DNA of 64,000 nt from the NCBI GenBank assembly GCA_049514575.1, contig JBEKUX010000009.1, positions 15,146-79,145 on the forward strand, in the 5' to 3' direction. The stretch's first letter is position 1. Each line of letters starts with the position of its first letter. Made by a program: the position numbers and the translations under genes. The stretch comes from Chitinispirillaceae bacterium. GTDB lineage: Bacteria; Fibrobacterota; Chitinivibrionia; Chitinivibrionales; Chitinispirillaceae. The notes beneath the pieces are model-generated. The model saw only the letters and a program-made list of their open reading frames with translations, did no database searches and was not told the origin of the DNA. Below, piece after piece: positions 48,108 through 55,961 of the stretch.

Positions 48108-49202
48108 TTATAAAAACCTTATCAGATCATTGTGTTCCGGAAATCCGCCGAGCTGCATGATGGTGCGGTCCGGAATGTTATAAAGCCTGAGCGGAGAGAT
48201 GATTTCCCTTTGCAGGTCAGGGACAGAGGAGAGTAAAAGATCGGCGCCTGCAATGCCGGCAACACGCACATCGCGAAGGACCGCAGGCAGCACCACGGTG
48301 GTGCCTGACTGCACGTCAGTGTTTCCGGCAGGATAATGGAGCCGGATTGCACCGTTTATAACGGTAAGCACGCTGAACGACTGCTTTGCAGGTAAAAGGA
48401 ACTCTTCGGCACGTACTAACCTGTACTGTTCCAAGGCAAAATAGCGGCAGGCGGCCCAATAGGAGTGTAAACAGCCACATTCTTCCAATGTGATCGGTGA
48501 TATCCTGTACCGTTCATGCGCAATGGTGTCAATTACCTTGAGCGCATCGCGCACATGGAGCGATCGCGGTTTTCCTGACCCATCGACCCTTCCCCAATCG
48601 TAAAGCCTCAAGGTAGTGTCGGACGTTTCCTGTATTTCGTACAGTACGGTGCCTTCCATGATGGCATGGACGGTCCCTGCGGGAATGAAGAGGACGTCGC
48701 CGCTTTTGACCGGCATGATATTGAGCAGTTCGTGCAGGGACCCGTTCTCAATGGCCCGGCTGATTACTTTATGGGTAACGTCTTCCCTGAACCCGACGAC
48801 GATCCGGGCGTCCTTTTTAGCATCGACCACATACCAGCATTCGGTTTTTCCGAACTCGCCCCATCCGTTTTCCCGGGCCTGCGCGTCGTCAGGATGCACC
48901 TGCACCGAAAGACGGTCGCGGGCGTCGATAAATTTATAGAGCAATGGGAACTTCCCGAAGAAATCGATCTTTCCGAGCAGTTCGTCCGCGGATTCAGCTG
49001 CAAGCCTTCCGAGCGCAGTGCCGGAAAGCGGCCCGCCTTCGACCATCGACTGGTCTGTTTCCAGGTTCACGACCTCCCATGACTCGCCGACAAGCTGGTC
49101 AGGCGCAAGGGGCCGGTTGAAACGCGTCCGCAGGGCACTCCCGCCCCAGATCGTCTCTTTGTAAATCGGCTTAAAAAAAAGAGGTTCGGCAGGTATCTTC
49201 AC
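48108..49202 (-). CDS. manA: Mannose-6-phosphate isomerase, class I
   Basis: ETIWGG, LSVQVHPDD, ECWYV and IPAGTVHAI cupin motifs of type I PMI; 364 aa. Confidence 0.88.
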   Translation of the reverse strand: MKIPAEPLFFKPIYKETIWGGSALRTRFNRPLAPDQLVGESWEVVNLETDQSMVEGGPLSGTALGRLAAESADELLGKIDFFGKFPLLYKFIDARDRLSVQVHPDDAQARENGWGEFGKTECWYVVDAKKDARIVVGFREDVTHKVISRAIENGSLHELLNIMPVKSGDVLFIPAGTVHAIMEGTVLYEIQETSDTTLRLYDWGRVDGSGKPRSLHVRDALKVIDTIAHERYRISPITLEECGCLHSYWAACRYFALEQYRLVRAEEFLLPAKQSFSVLTVINGAIRLHYPAGNTDVQSGTTVVLPAVLRDVRVAGIAGADLLLSSVPDLQREIISPLRLYNIPDRTIMQLGGFPEHNDLIRFL

Positions 49203-49233
49203 GAGCGCATCTCCTCTGTCACGCAGGGCCGAA

Positions 49234-49419
49234 TCATTTCAACTCTTTAAATTCACCGTCAACGATGTCCATTTTCTTTTTATCAAACCGGTCTTCCTCA
49301 TACCGTTTTACCTGCCCGCGGACATGCGGTTTTCCGCGGATTATAGGCAGCACGATCGAAAAAATCGCACGAAGAATGAGGACGATAAGGATAATCTCTA
49401 ACAGTCTTGCCATGAGCAT
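49234..49419 (-). CDS. Small membrane protein (DUF4834-like by recollection)
   Basis: 61 aa. One TM (LLEIILIVLILRAIFSIVLPII), a basic linker and an acidic tail (DIVDGEFKELK). The start could be the third codon. Confidence 0.45.
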   Translation of the reverse strand: MLMARLLEIILIVLILRAIFSIVLPIIRGKPHVRGQVKRYEEDRFDKKKMDIVDGEFKELK

Positions 49420-49516
49420 AGTAGGGCCGCTTTGAAGCAGACATGGAAACTATCATGGAAATTATGTATCTTTTCCGGCGTAGCACGCTCCGTTACGAAG
49501 GGGCAGCATATCAGCT

Positions 49517-49547
49517 GTACCGCAGATCATAATAATAATTGCGGTAC
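49517..49547. promoter_or_regulatory. Perfect 8-bp inverted repeat upstream of moxR (operator candidate)
   Basis: GTACCGCA-N15(AT-rich)-TGCGGTAC, 77 nt upstream of ATG 49624 and just 5' of TATTAT/TATAAA-like sequences. Confidence 0.35.
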
Positions 49548-49623
49548 CAATCCGTATTAAAAATATTATAAAAGACGCTGCTCGTGCAGAAAACAACAGA
49601 ACATTATCCGCTGGAGGAGATCT

Positions 49624-50613
49624 ATGAGTGTCGATATTGCAAAGCTAAATGACAAGATCAGTGAGGAGAGCAGCTTTGTCACGCTGCTTAAAAATGAGGT
49701 CGGCAAGGTTATTGTCGGACAGACAAGGATGATCGACCGTCTGCTTGTCGGGCTCCTTACCCGGGGCCATCTGCTGCTCGAAGGCGTGCCCGGACTGGCT
49801 AAGACCCTTGCTATTTCGACGCTTGCGAAGGCCATTGATACGGGCTTCCGCAGGATCCAGTTCACCCCTGACCTGCTTCCCGCCGACCTTGTCGGCACGC
49901 TGGTGTATAATCAGAAAAGCGGTGAGTTCGTCGCAAAGAAGGGCCCGCTGTTTTCAAATATCATCCTCGCCGACGAAATCAACCGAGCGCCGGCAAAGGT
50001 GCAGAGTGCGCTTCTGGAAGCCATGCAGGAACGCCAGGTCACGATCGGCGACACGACCTACCCGCTTGCGGAGCCGTTCCTTGTACTCGCCACGCAGAAC
50101 CCGATTGAACAGGAGGGCACGTATCCGCTGCCCGAAGCACAGGTCGACCGCTTCATGCTCAAGCTGAAAATCGTCTATCCATCACGCGAGGAGGAAAAAC
50201 TGATCCTTCAGCGCATGGCGACCGGCGTGCTGCCGGAAGTGCGCAAAGTCGTTACCGTCGACAAGATCCTTTCCGCCCGGGCAGTGGTGAACGAAATTTA
50301 CATGGACCCCAAGGTTGAGGACTATATCGTCAACCTCGTCTTTGCGAGCCGCGAGCCGGCCGGCGTCGGCCTTGCGGACCAGAAGGATCTCATCGCCTGG
50401 GGCGCCTCACCGCGCGCCACGCTTTTCCTCACCCAGGCCGCGCGCGCCCACGCCTTTATCAGGGGACGCGGTTACGTGACGCCGGAGGACGTGAAATCGA
50501 TCGGCATGGACGTGCTGCGGCACCGCATCATCGTGACCTACGAGGCCGAAGCCGAGAACATTACGGCAGAAGATATCGTACAGAAAATATTTGACAGAGT
50601 AGAGGTCCCCTGA
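49624..50613 (+). CDS. MoxR-family AAA+ ATPase
   Basis: GHLLLEGVPGLAKT (Walker A), ILADEINRAPAKVQSALLEAM (Walker B/sensor) and VLATQNPIEQEGTYPLPEAQVDRF. GGAGGAG RBS upstream. Confidence 0.93.
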   Translation: MSVDIAKLNDKISEESSFVTLLKNEVGKVIVGQTRMIDRLLVGLLTRGHLLLEGVPGLAKTLAISTLAKAIDTGFRRIQFTPDLLPADLVGTLVYNQKSGEFVAKKGPLFSNIILADEINRAPAKVQSALLEAMQERQVTIGDTTYPLAEPFLVLATQNPIEQEGTYPLPEAQVDRFMLKLKIVYPSREEEKLILQRMATGVLPEVRKVVTVDKILSARAVVNEIYMDPKVEDYIVNLVFASREPAGVGLADQKDLIAWGASPRATLFLTQAARAHAFIRGRGYVTPEDVKSIGMDVLRHRIIVTYEAEAENITAEDIVQKIFDRVEVP

Positions 50614-50638
50614 TGGAATTATACGCCACGAGAAACCT

Positions 50639-51517
50639 ATGATCCCGCGGGAAGTGCTTCAGAAGGTACGGCGGATCGAGATCAGGACCAAGAGCGTCGT
50701 GGACTCGATCCTGTCCGGCGAATACCACAGCGTATTCAAGGGCCGCGGCATGGAGTTTTCCGAAGTGCGCTCTTATGTCGAGGGCGACGACATCCGGAAC
50801 ATCGACTGGAACGTCACTGCCCGTATGAATTCGCTTTATGTCAAGAAACACGTGGAAGAGCGCGAGATGACCGTCATGCTGCTCGTGGACGCCTCGGCGT
50901 CCGGGAGCTTCGGCAGCGTCGACAAGTTCAAGGGCGAAATGGGGGTCGAGCTGTGCGCGCTCCTCGCTTTTTCGGCAATCAAGAACAACGACCGCGTGGG
51001 ACTCATCATTTTCACCTCCGAAGTGGAACGGTACATCCCGCCGCAGAAGGGAAAAAACCACGTGCTCCGCGTGATCCGCGAACTCCTCTATTTCGAACCG
51101 CAGAGGAAAGGCACCAACGTTGCGGAGGCACTTTCTTTCCTGAACCGCGTGCAGCGCCGCAAGGCGGTTGTATTCCTCGTGTCAGATTTTTTCACTCCCC
51201 TGTTCACGAAACCGCTGCGCGTGACCGCAAAACGCCACGATCTCGTTGCCATATCCCTGCGTGATCCCCGGGAAAGCGAAATGCCGGACGTCGGCCTTAT
51301 CGAGCTTGAAGATGCAGAAAATGGTGGCGCCGTACTTGTTGATTCGTCGTCAAAAGAATTCAGAAACGGCTATAAAAGGGAAATGGAAAAACGGACTGCG
51401 GCGATTTCACAGATATTTGTCTCCAACGGCGTTGATGAGATACCGGTTTCCACCGCGACCGATTACGTGGACCCTCTGGTCAAGTTCTTCAGGAAACGGG
51501 AAAAAACGATTCGATAG
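50639..51517 (+). CDS. DUF58 family protein (MoxR partner)
   Basis: GMEFSEVRSYVEGDDIRNIDWNVTAR followed by a VWA-like MLLVDASASGSF segment. This is the typical gene after moxR. Confidence 0.88.
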   Translation: MIPREVLQKVRRIEIRTKSVVDSILSGEYHSVFKGRGMEFSEVRSYVEGDDIRNIDWNVTARMNSLYVKKHVEEREMTVMLLVDASASGSFGSVDKFKGEMGVELCALLAFSAIKNNDRVGLIIFTSEVERYIPPQKGKNHVLRVIRELLYFEPQRKGTNVAEALSFLNRVQRRKAVVFLVSDFFTPLFTKPLRVTAKRHDLVAISLRDPRESEMPDVGLIELEDAENGGAVLVDSSSKEFRNGYKREMEKRTAAISQIFVSNGVDEIPVSTATDYVDPLVKFFRKREKTIR

Positions 51518-51536
51518 GAATATTTTCCCCGTTTTT
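51497..51536 (+). terminator. Rho-independent terminator candidate after DUF58
   Basis: CGGGAAAA (51497-51504) pairs with TTTTCcCCG (51523-51531, one bulged C) and is followed by TTTTT (51532-51536). The stop codon lies in the loop. Confidence 0.5.
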
Positions 51537-51682
51537 ATTAAGTATTTCCCATTAATACAAGCGAATTCTTTGAACGATCTCTCTATTCTATTATATTTTA
51601 CGGTGTCAGATGTGTCGTTGTTCCGTTCAAACAGCGGCGGACGTTTTTACTATTTATCTTCATAGATGGGGGACACTGCGCC

Positions 51683-53515
51683 ATGTGCGGTATCGTCGGC
51701 TACATCGGCAACCGGGAAGCGTATCCCATTCTCATGGCCGGGCTGCAGGCGCTTGAATACCGTGGATACGACAGCGCTGGGATAGCTATTGTCAATGGGA
51801 ACAAAGCACAGATCGTCAAGGACAGAGGGAACGTAGCGCACCTCAAAGAGGTCATGAAAAAACGACCTCTTTCCGGCTGTACAGGCATCGCCCATACCCG
51901 GTGGGCAACGCACGGCGCGCCGTCACAGGTCAACGCGCACCCTCACACGGACCAGGCCAACCATATCGCCGTTGTGCATAACGGAATCATCGAAAATTAT
52001 ACTGTCCTGAAAGAAAATCTGAAAAAGGAAGGTATGCGCTTCCGGTCTGATACCGACACAGAAGTCCTTTCCCAGCTCATCGGCAAATACTATACAAACG
52101 GCGATCTTGCTTCAGCGGTGCGCAAGGCGCTTCTCGATATTGAGGGAACCTTCGGCATCGCGGTGGTCGCGTTCGATAACCCGGACATCATGATCGGCGC
52201 TCGGAAAGGGTCACCGCTCGTCGCCGGAATCGGCGATACGGAGCTGTTCCTCGCTTCGGACGCTTCGGCCATTGTCCATCATACGAAAAAAGTCATCTAC
52301 CTCAAGGACGGCAATCTTATCGTTCTCGGGAAGAATGGCTCCTACCAGACCATGACTCTTGACAACCGCAGTGTAAGTCCAGAAATTCACCACCTCGAGT
52401 GGGACGCAGAAGCGCTGGCAAAGGGCGGTTATTCCCATTTCATGCTCAAGGAGATTTTCGAGCAGCCGGAAACCATCAAAAATGCCATGCGCGGCAGGCT
52501 TCTTGTCGACGAAGGCGCGGCCCGTCTTGACGGGCTCAACCTGGTGCTGCCGGAGCTCCGTTCCATCCGGCGGCTTATTCTCATCGCCTGCGGCACGAGC
52601 TGGCATGCGGCGCTCGTGGGTGAATACATGATTGAGGAGAACACGGGCATTCCCGTCGAGGTAGAGTATGCATCGGAATTCAGGTACCGGAACCCGATCA
52701 TCGATCCGCATACCGTGGTATTTGTCATCAGCCAATCGGGTGAAACCGCCGATACTCTCGCCGCACTTCGTGAGGCGGCCAATCGCGGCGCAACGGTGCT
52801 CGGCATCTGCAATGCGGTCGGGTCGAGTATCGCGCGCGAAACGCATGGCGGCGTGTATTGTCACGCAGGACCTGAAATCGGCGTGGCGTCAACCAAGGCC
52901 TTCACGTCGCAGCTCACCATTCTTGCGCAGCTTACGCTCCTTCTGGGACGAATGCGCCGCATCTCCCATGCAGAAGGCATAACGATAGCAAAGGCGCTCG
53001 AAGAGATCCCGAAACAGGTGACGAAAATCCTTCGACAGAATGATGCGATCAGGAAGATCGCCCAACGTTTCTTCAGGCACAACAATTTCCTGTATCTCGG
53101 CCGGTCGTATAACTTCCCGGTGGCGCTCGAGGGCGCGCTCAAACTGAAAGAAATCTCCTATGTCCATGCCGAAGGGTACCCGGCCGCCGAAATGAAGCAT
53201 GGGCCGATCGCCCTGGTCGACAAAGATATGCCATCGGTCGTCATCGCCCTGCGCGACAGCGTGTACGAAAAGGTGCTCTCGAATATCCAGGAAATCAAGG
53301 CGCGGGGCGGCAGCATCATCGCCATCGCCACCGAAGGCGACCGGCACATCAGAAAGCACGCGCGTTATGTTATTTACATACCGGAAACAATCGAGATGCT
53401 CTCGCCGCTCCTTTCCGTGATCCCGCTCCAGCTCTTGGCCTATCATATCGCGGCGCTTCGCGGCTGCGCGATCGACCAGCCGCGCAACCTGGCGAAATCG
53501 GTCACCGTGGAATAA
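51683..53515 (+). CDS. glmS: Glutamine--fructose-6-phosphate aminotransferase
   Basis: MCGIVGYIG N-terminal nucleophile, two SIS domains and a C-terminal ...AKSVTVE; 610 aa. Confidence 0.97.
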   Translation: MCGIVGYIGNREAYPILMAGLQALEYRGYDSAGIAIVNGNKAQIVKDRGNVAHLKEVMKKRPLSGCTGIAHTRWATHGAPSQVNAHPHTDQANHIAVVHNGIIENYTVLKENLKKEGMRFRSDTDTEVLSQLIGKYYTNGDLASAVRKALLDIEGTFGIAVVAFDNPDIMIGARKGSPLVAGIGDTELFLASDASAIVHHTKKVIYLKDGNLIVLGKNGSYQTMTLDNRSVSPEIHHLEWDAEALAKGGYSHFMLKEIFEQPETIKNAMRGRLLVDEGAARLDGLNLVLPELRSIRRLILIACGTSWHAALVGEYMIEENTGIPVEVEYASEFRYRNPIIDPHTVVFVISQSGETADTLAALREAANRGATVLGICNAVGSSIARETHGGVYCHAGPEIGVASTKAFTSQLTILAQLTLLLGRMRRISHAEGITIAKALEEIPKQVTKILRQNDAIRKIAQRFFRHNNFLYLGRSYNFPVALEGALKLKEISYVHAEGYPAAEMKHGPIALVDKDMPSVVIALRDSVYEKVLSNIQEIKARGGSIIAIATEGDRHIRKHARYVIYIPETIEMLSPLLSVIPLQLLAYHIAALRGCAIDQPRNLAKSVTVE

Positions 53516-53527
53516 GGGCAGCACTCC

Positions 53528-53908
53528 ATGCCGCACCGCACCATTGCCACCCCAAGCGCTCCGCAGCCGGTCGGACCTTACAGCCAGGCGGTCACGGCCG
53601 GCAAGTTCGTCTTTATCTCAGGGCAGATCCTGCTTGATCCGGATTCCGGCGTTTGTAACGTCGGTGCAATCGGCGATCAGACGCGCCAGACATTGCGTAA
53701 CCTCAAGGCGGTACTCTCGGCCGCAAACCTGTCGCCGCACGCACTTGTTAAAACCACCGTGTACCTGCGTTCCATGGCTGATTTTGCCGCTTTCAATGCG
53801 GTTTACGAAGAAGAGCTTGCCGGCGCAAAACCGGCACGGAGCGTGGTCGAGGTCAACGCGCTTCCGCGCGGGGCGCTCGTTGAAATCGAGGCTATAGCAT
53901 GCCGATGA
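53528..53908 (+). CDS. ridA: RidA/YjgF-family reactive-intermediate deaminase
   Basis: APQPVGPYSQAV, KTTVYL and RSVVEVNALPRGALVEIEAIA; 126 aa. Confidence 0.9.
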   Translation: MPHRTIATPSAPQPVGPYSQAVTAGKFVFISGQILLDPDSGVCNVGAIGDQTRQTLRNLKAVLSAANLSPHALVKTTVYLRSMADFAAFNAVYEEELAGAKPARSVVEVNALPRGALVEIEAIACR

Positions 53909-54681
53909 AACATCGCGAATACGAAGTGAAGCTGGACCTGTTTGAAGGACCGCTGGATCTCCTGCTCTATCTGGTCACCAAGGCCGAGGTGGACATTATA
54001 AACCTTCCGGTGGCGCAGATCACCGCGCAGTTCCTCGACTACCTTGACCTCATGCGCGAACTCAACATCGACATTGCCGCAGATTATCTGCACATGGCCG
54101 CCACGCTCACCTATCTCAAGGCGCGGGAACTGCTGCCGCCTATCGAATCCGACGGACTGGCGCAGCCGGAGGAAGGAATTTACAACCGCGAAGAACTGGT
54201 GCGGCAGCTGCTCGAATACCAGAAATACAAGCAGGCGGCCGGTGCATTTAAAAATTTTGAGGCCGAGCAGATACACCTCTTCAAGCGGGGCGTTCCAGAA
54301 ACGATCGAAGCATTTGCAACTGACGAGGACAGTATTGATTTCGGCACACTCTCGCTTTTCGATATCCTCTCTGCATTTAAAAGGGTCATTGAACGGGCGA
54401 AAGATGAAGATGCCTACCGCCAGACCGTTCTTGCCGACAATGTCAAAATCGACGACCGGATCGAACATGTGCTGTCCGTGCTTACCGATTGTCCGGAAGT
54501 GCGTTTCGAAGAGCTGTTCGGCGACGACCTGCGGAAAATGGTCATCGTGGTAACCTTCATGGCCATATTGGAGCTTGTCAAGATGCAGGAGATCGTTTTC
54601 CGGCAGGAAGAACGCTTCGGCCCGATAATGGTCACACGCCGACCACCGCAGTCCGGCGCAGCGCCTGCGCCAACGGGTTAA
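53899..54681 (+). CDS. scpA: Segregation and condensation protein A
   Basis: VKLDLFEGPLDLLLYLV and the ...VVTFMAILELVK pattern; 260 aa. It overlaps the ridA end. Confidence 0.9.
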   Translation: MPMKHREYEVKLDLFEGPLDLLLYLVTKAEVDIINLPVAQITAQFLDYLDLMRELNIDIAADYLHMAATLTYLKARELLPPIESDGLAQPEEGIYNREELVRQLLEYQKYKQAAGAFKNFEAEQIHLFKRGVPETIEAFATDEDSIDFGTLSLFDILSAFKRVIERAKDEDAYRQTVLADNVKIDDRIEHVLSVLTDCPEVRFEELFGDDLRKMVIVVTFMAILELVKMQEIVFRQEERFGPIMVTRRPPQSGAAPAPTG

Positions 54682-54711
54682 CCGTAACTTTTTTTATTGA
54701 AGGGAAAAATT

Positions 54712-55623
54712 ATGAGCGATAACGAAAACGATCCGGTTGAACAGCCGTCCGATGCCATTGCCGGAGAGGAAGAATTGGAACAGCCTAAAGAAGAAGCCCC
54801 GGAGACGCTCCGGATACTGGAAGCACTGCTTTTTGCCTCAGAAGAACTGCTCACCACCGCACGCCTGAAAGCGATTCTTCCCGGCAACCCTGATGCACGG
54901 GCGATAAACGGCATGGTCGATCAGATCAACTGCCTGCTTCAGAAAGAAAGACACCCTTTCGAGGTCGTGGAGATCGGCGGCGGCTACCAGTTCAAGACCA
55001 TCGCCTACTACCACCCGTGGGTCAGGCAGATCTTCCAGGAGAAGGCCTCACGGAGGCTTTCGATCCAGGCTCTCGAATGTCTTTCGATCATCTCGTACCG
55101 GCAGCCGCTCTCAAAGGCCGAGATCGAGGCAATCAGAGGGGTCATTTCCGATGGCGCCATGAAAACACTCCTTGAAAAGCGGCTCATCACGGTCACGGGC
55201 CGCAGCGAAAAACCCGGCAGACCGCTTCTCTACGGCACCACGCAGGAGTTCCTGAAATATTTCGGCCTCAATAAAATCAGCGACCTTCCGAAAATCGAGG
55301 AATTCGAGGTCATGGTGCGCCAGAAAATCGAAAACATGCCGCTTGACGAATTAAAAAACGCAAATGAACAAGCGAAACAGGACGCAACCGATGAGGCGGC
55401 CATTGAAGCTGCTCCACCCGAAGCAAAGCAGCAGGAAGCGGCAATTGAAAACGCGGCACCGGCGGAAAAACCAAAGACGGAAATAGAAATGCCGGTGCAG
55501 GAAAGCAGCATCGGCCTGTCTGACCATGAAGCAGTTGAGGTGACCATGCCGTCCGACAGCGGCGGGGGAACAAACCAGAATGACATCGGGGATGATGAGG
55601 CGCTGTTTGAGGTGAAGCTGTAA
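54712..55623 (+). CDS. scpB: Segregation and condensation protein B with long acidic C-terminal extension
   Basis: ILEALLFASEELLT and two winged-helix repeats (ISYRQPLSKAEIEAIRGV), then ~110 aa of E/A/Q-rich tail. Start set at ATG 54712 (GAAGGGA upstream). Confidence 0.88.
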   Translation: MSDNENDPVEQPSDAIAGEEELEQPKEEAPETLRILEALLFASEELLTTARLKAILPGNPDARAINGMVDQINCLLQKERHPFEVVEIGGGYQFKTIAYYHPWVRQIFQEKASRRLSIQALECLSIISYRQPLSKAEIEAIRGVISDGAMKTLLEKRLITVTGRSEKPGRPLLYGTTQEFLKYFGLNKISDLPKIEEFEVMVRQKIENMPLDELKNANEQAKQDATDEAAIEAAPPEAKQQEAAIENAAPAEKPKTEIEMPVQESSIGLSDHEAVEVTMPSDSGGGTNQNDIGDDEALFEVKL

Positions 55624-55705
55624 AAAAGGCCCGGAGACATTAAGGCAAGAGACAATAGGCATTATTTAAAAATTTTAATAGGGTTCGCAGGGAGGATTTT
55701 TAAAG

Positions 55706-55935
55706 TATTTGGGCGTGCCCCCTTTGGGGTCGGCGTACTCCGGGCTCGCTATTCGCTCGGTCCCTTTAGGACTGCTTCGCACCCTCCCGAAGGGAGTATG
55801 CCTCACGCAAAAGAAATCAGATTGAGATAGTAATTCGCGCACCAAAAAACTCGTGGGTGGGGGTACTCAAAAGTTAAGCCCTGCACTACCGGTGCCCACC
55901 CCCTACCCAAACAATGGCCTTTAGCAAAAGAAAAA
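55706..55935 (+). repeat. Intergenic repeat locus D (box1-like plus a 137-nt copy of locus A unit 2)
   Basis: TATTTGGGCGTGCC at 55706-55719. 55799-55935 aligns block-wise with 2259-2387 and ends in the identical 19-mer GCCTTTAGCAAAAGAAAAA. Several short GC hairpins are present, for example CTCCC-gaa-GGGAG. Confidence 0.6.
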
Positions 55936-55961
55936 GCATTTAAAAAATTATTTATAAGATC

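Noticed and set aside
49624-51517. MoxR-DUF58 as a candidate novel system.
   Set aside because: This is a very common, already described gene pair. Only the missing VWA partners and the upstream palindrome are worth noting (see findings).
51518-51682. Possible glmS ribozyme in the 165-nt leader of glmS.
   Set aside because: The region is AT-rich. I could not find the conserved glmS ribozyme core segments or a nested pseudoknot-capable GC structure. An Infernal scan would settle it.
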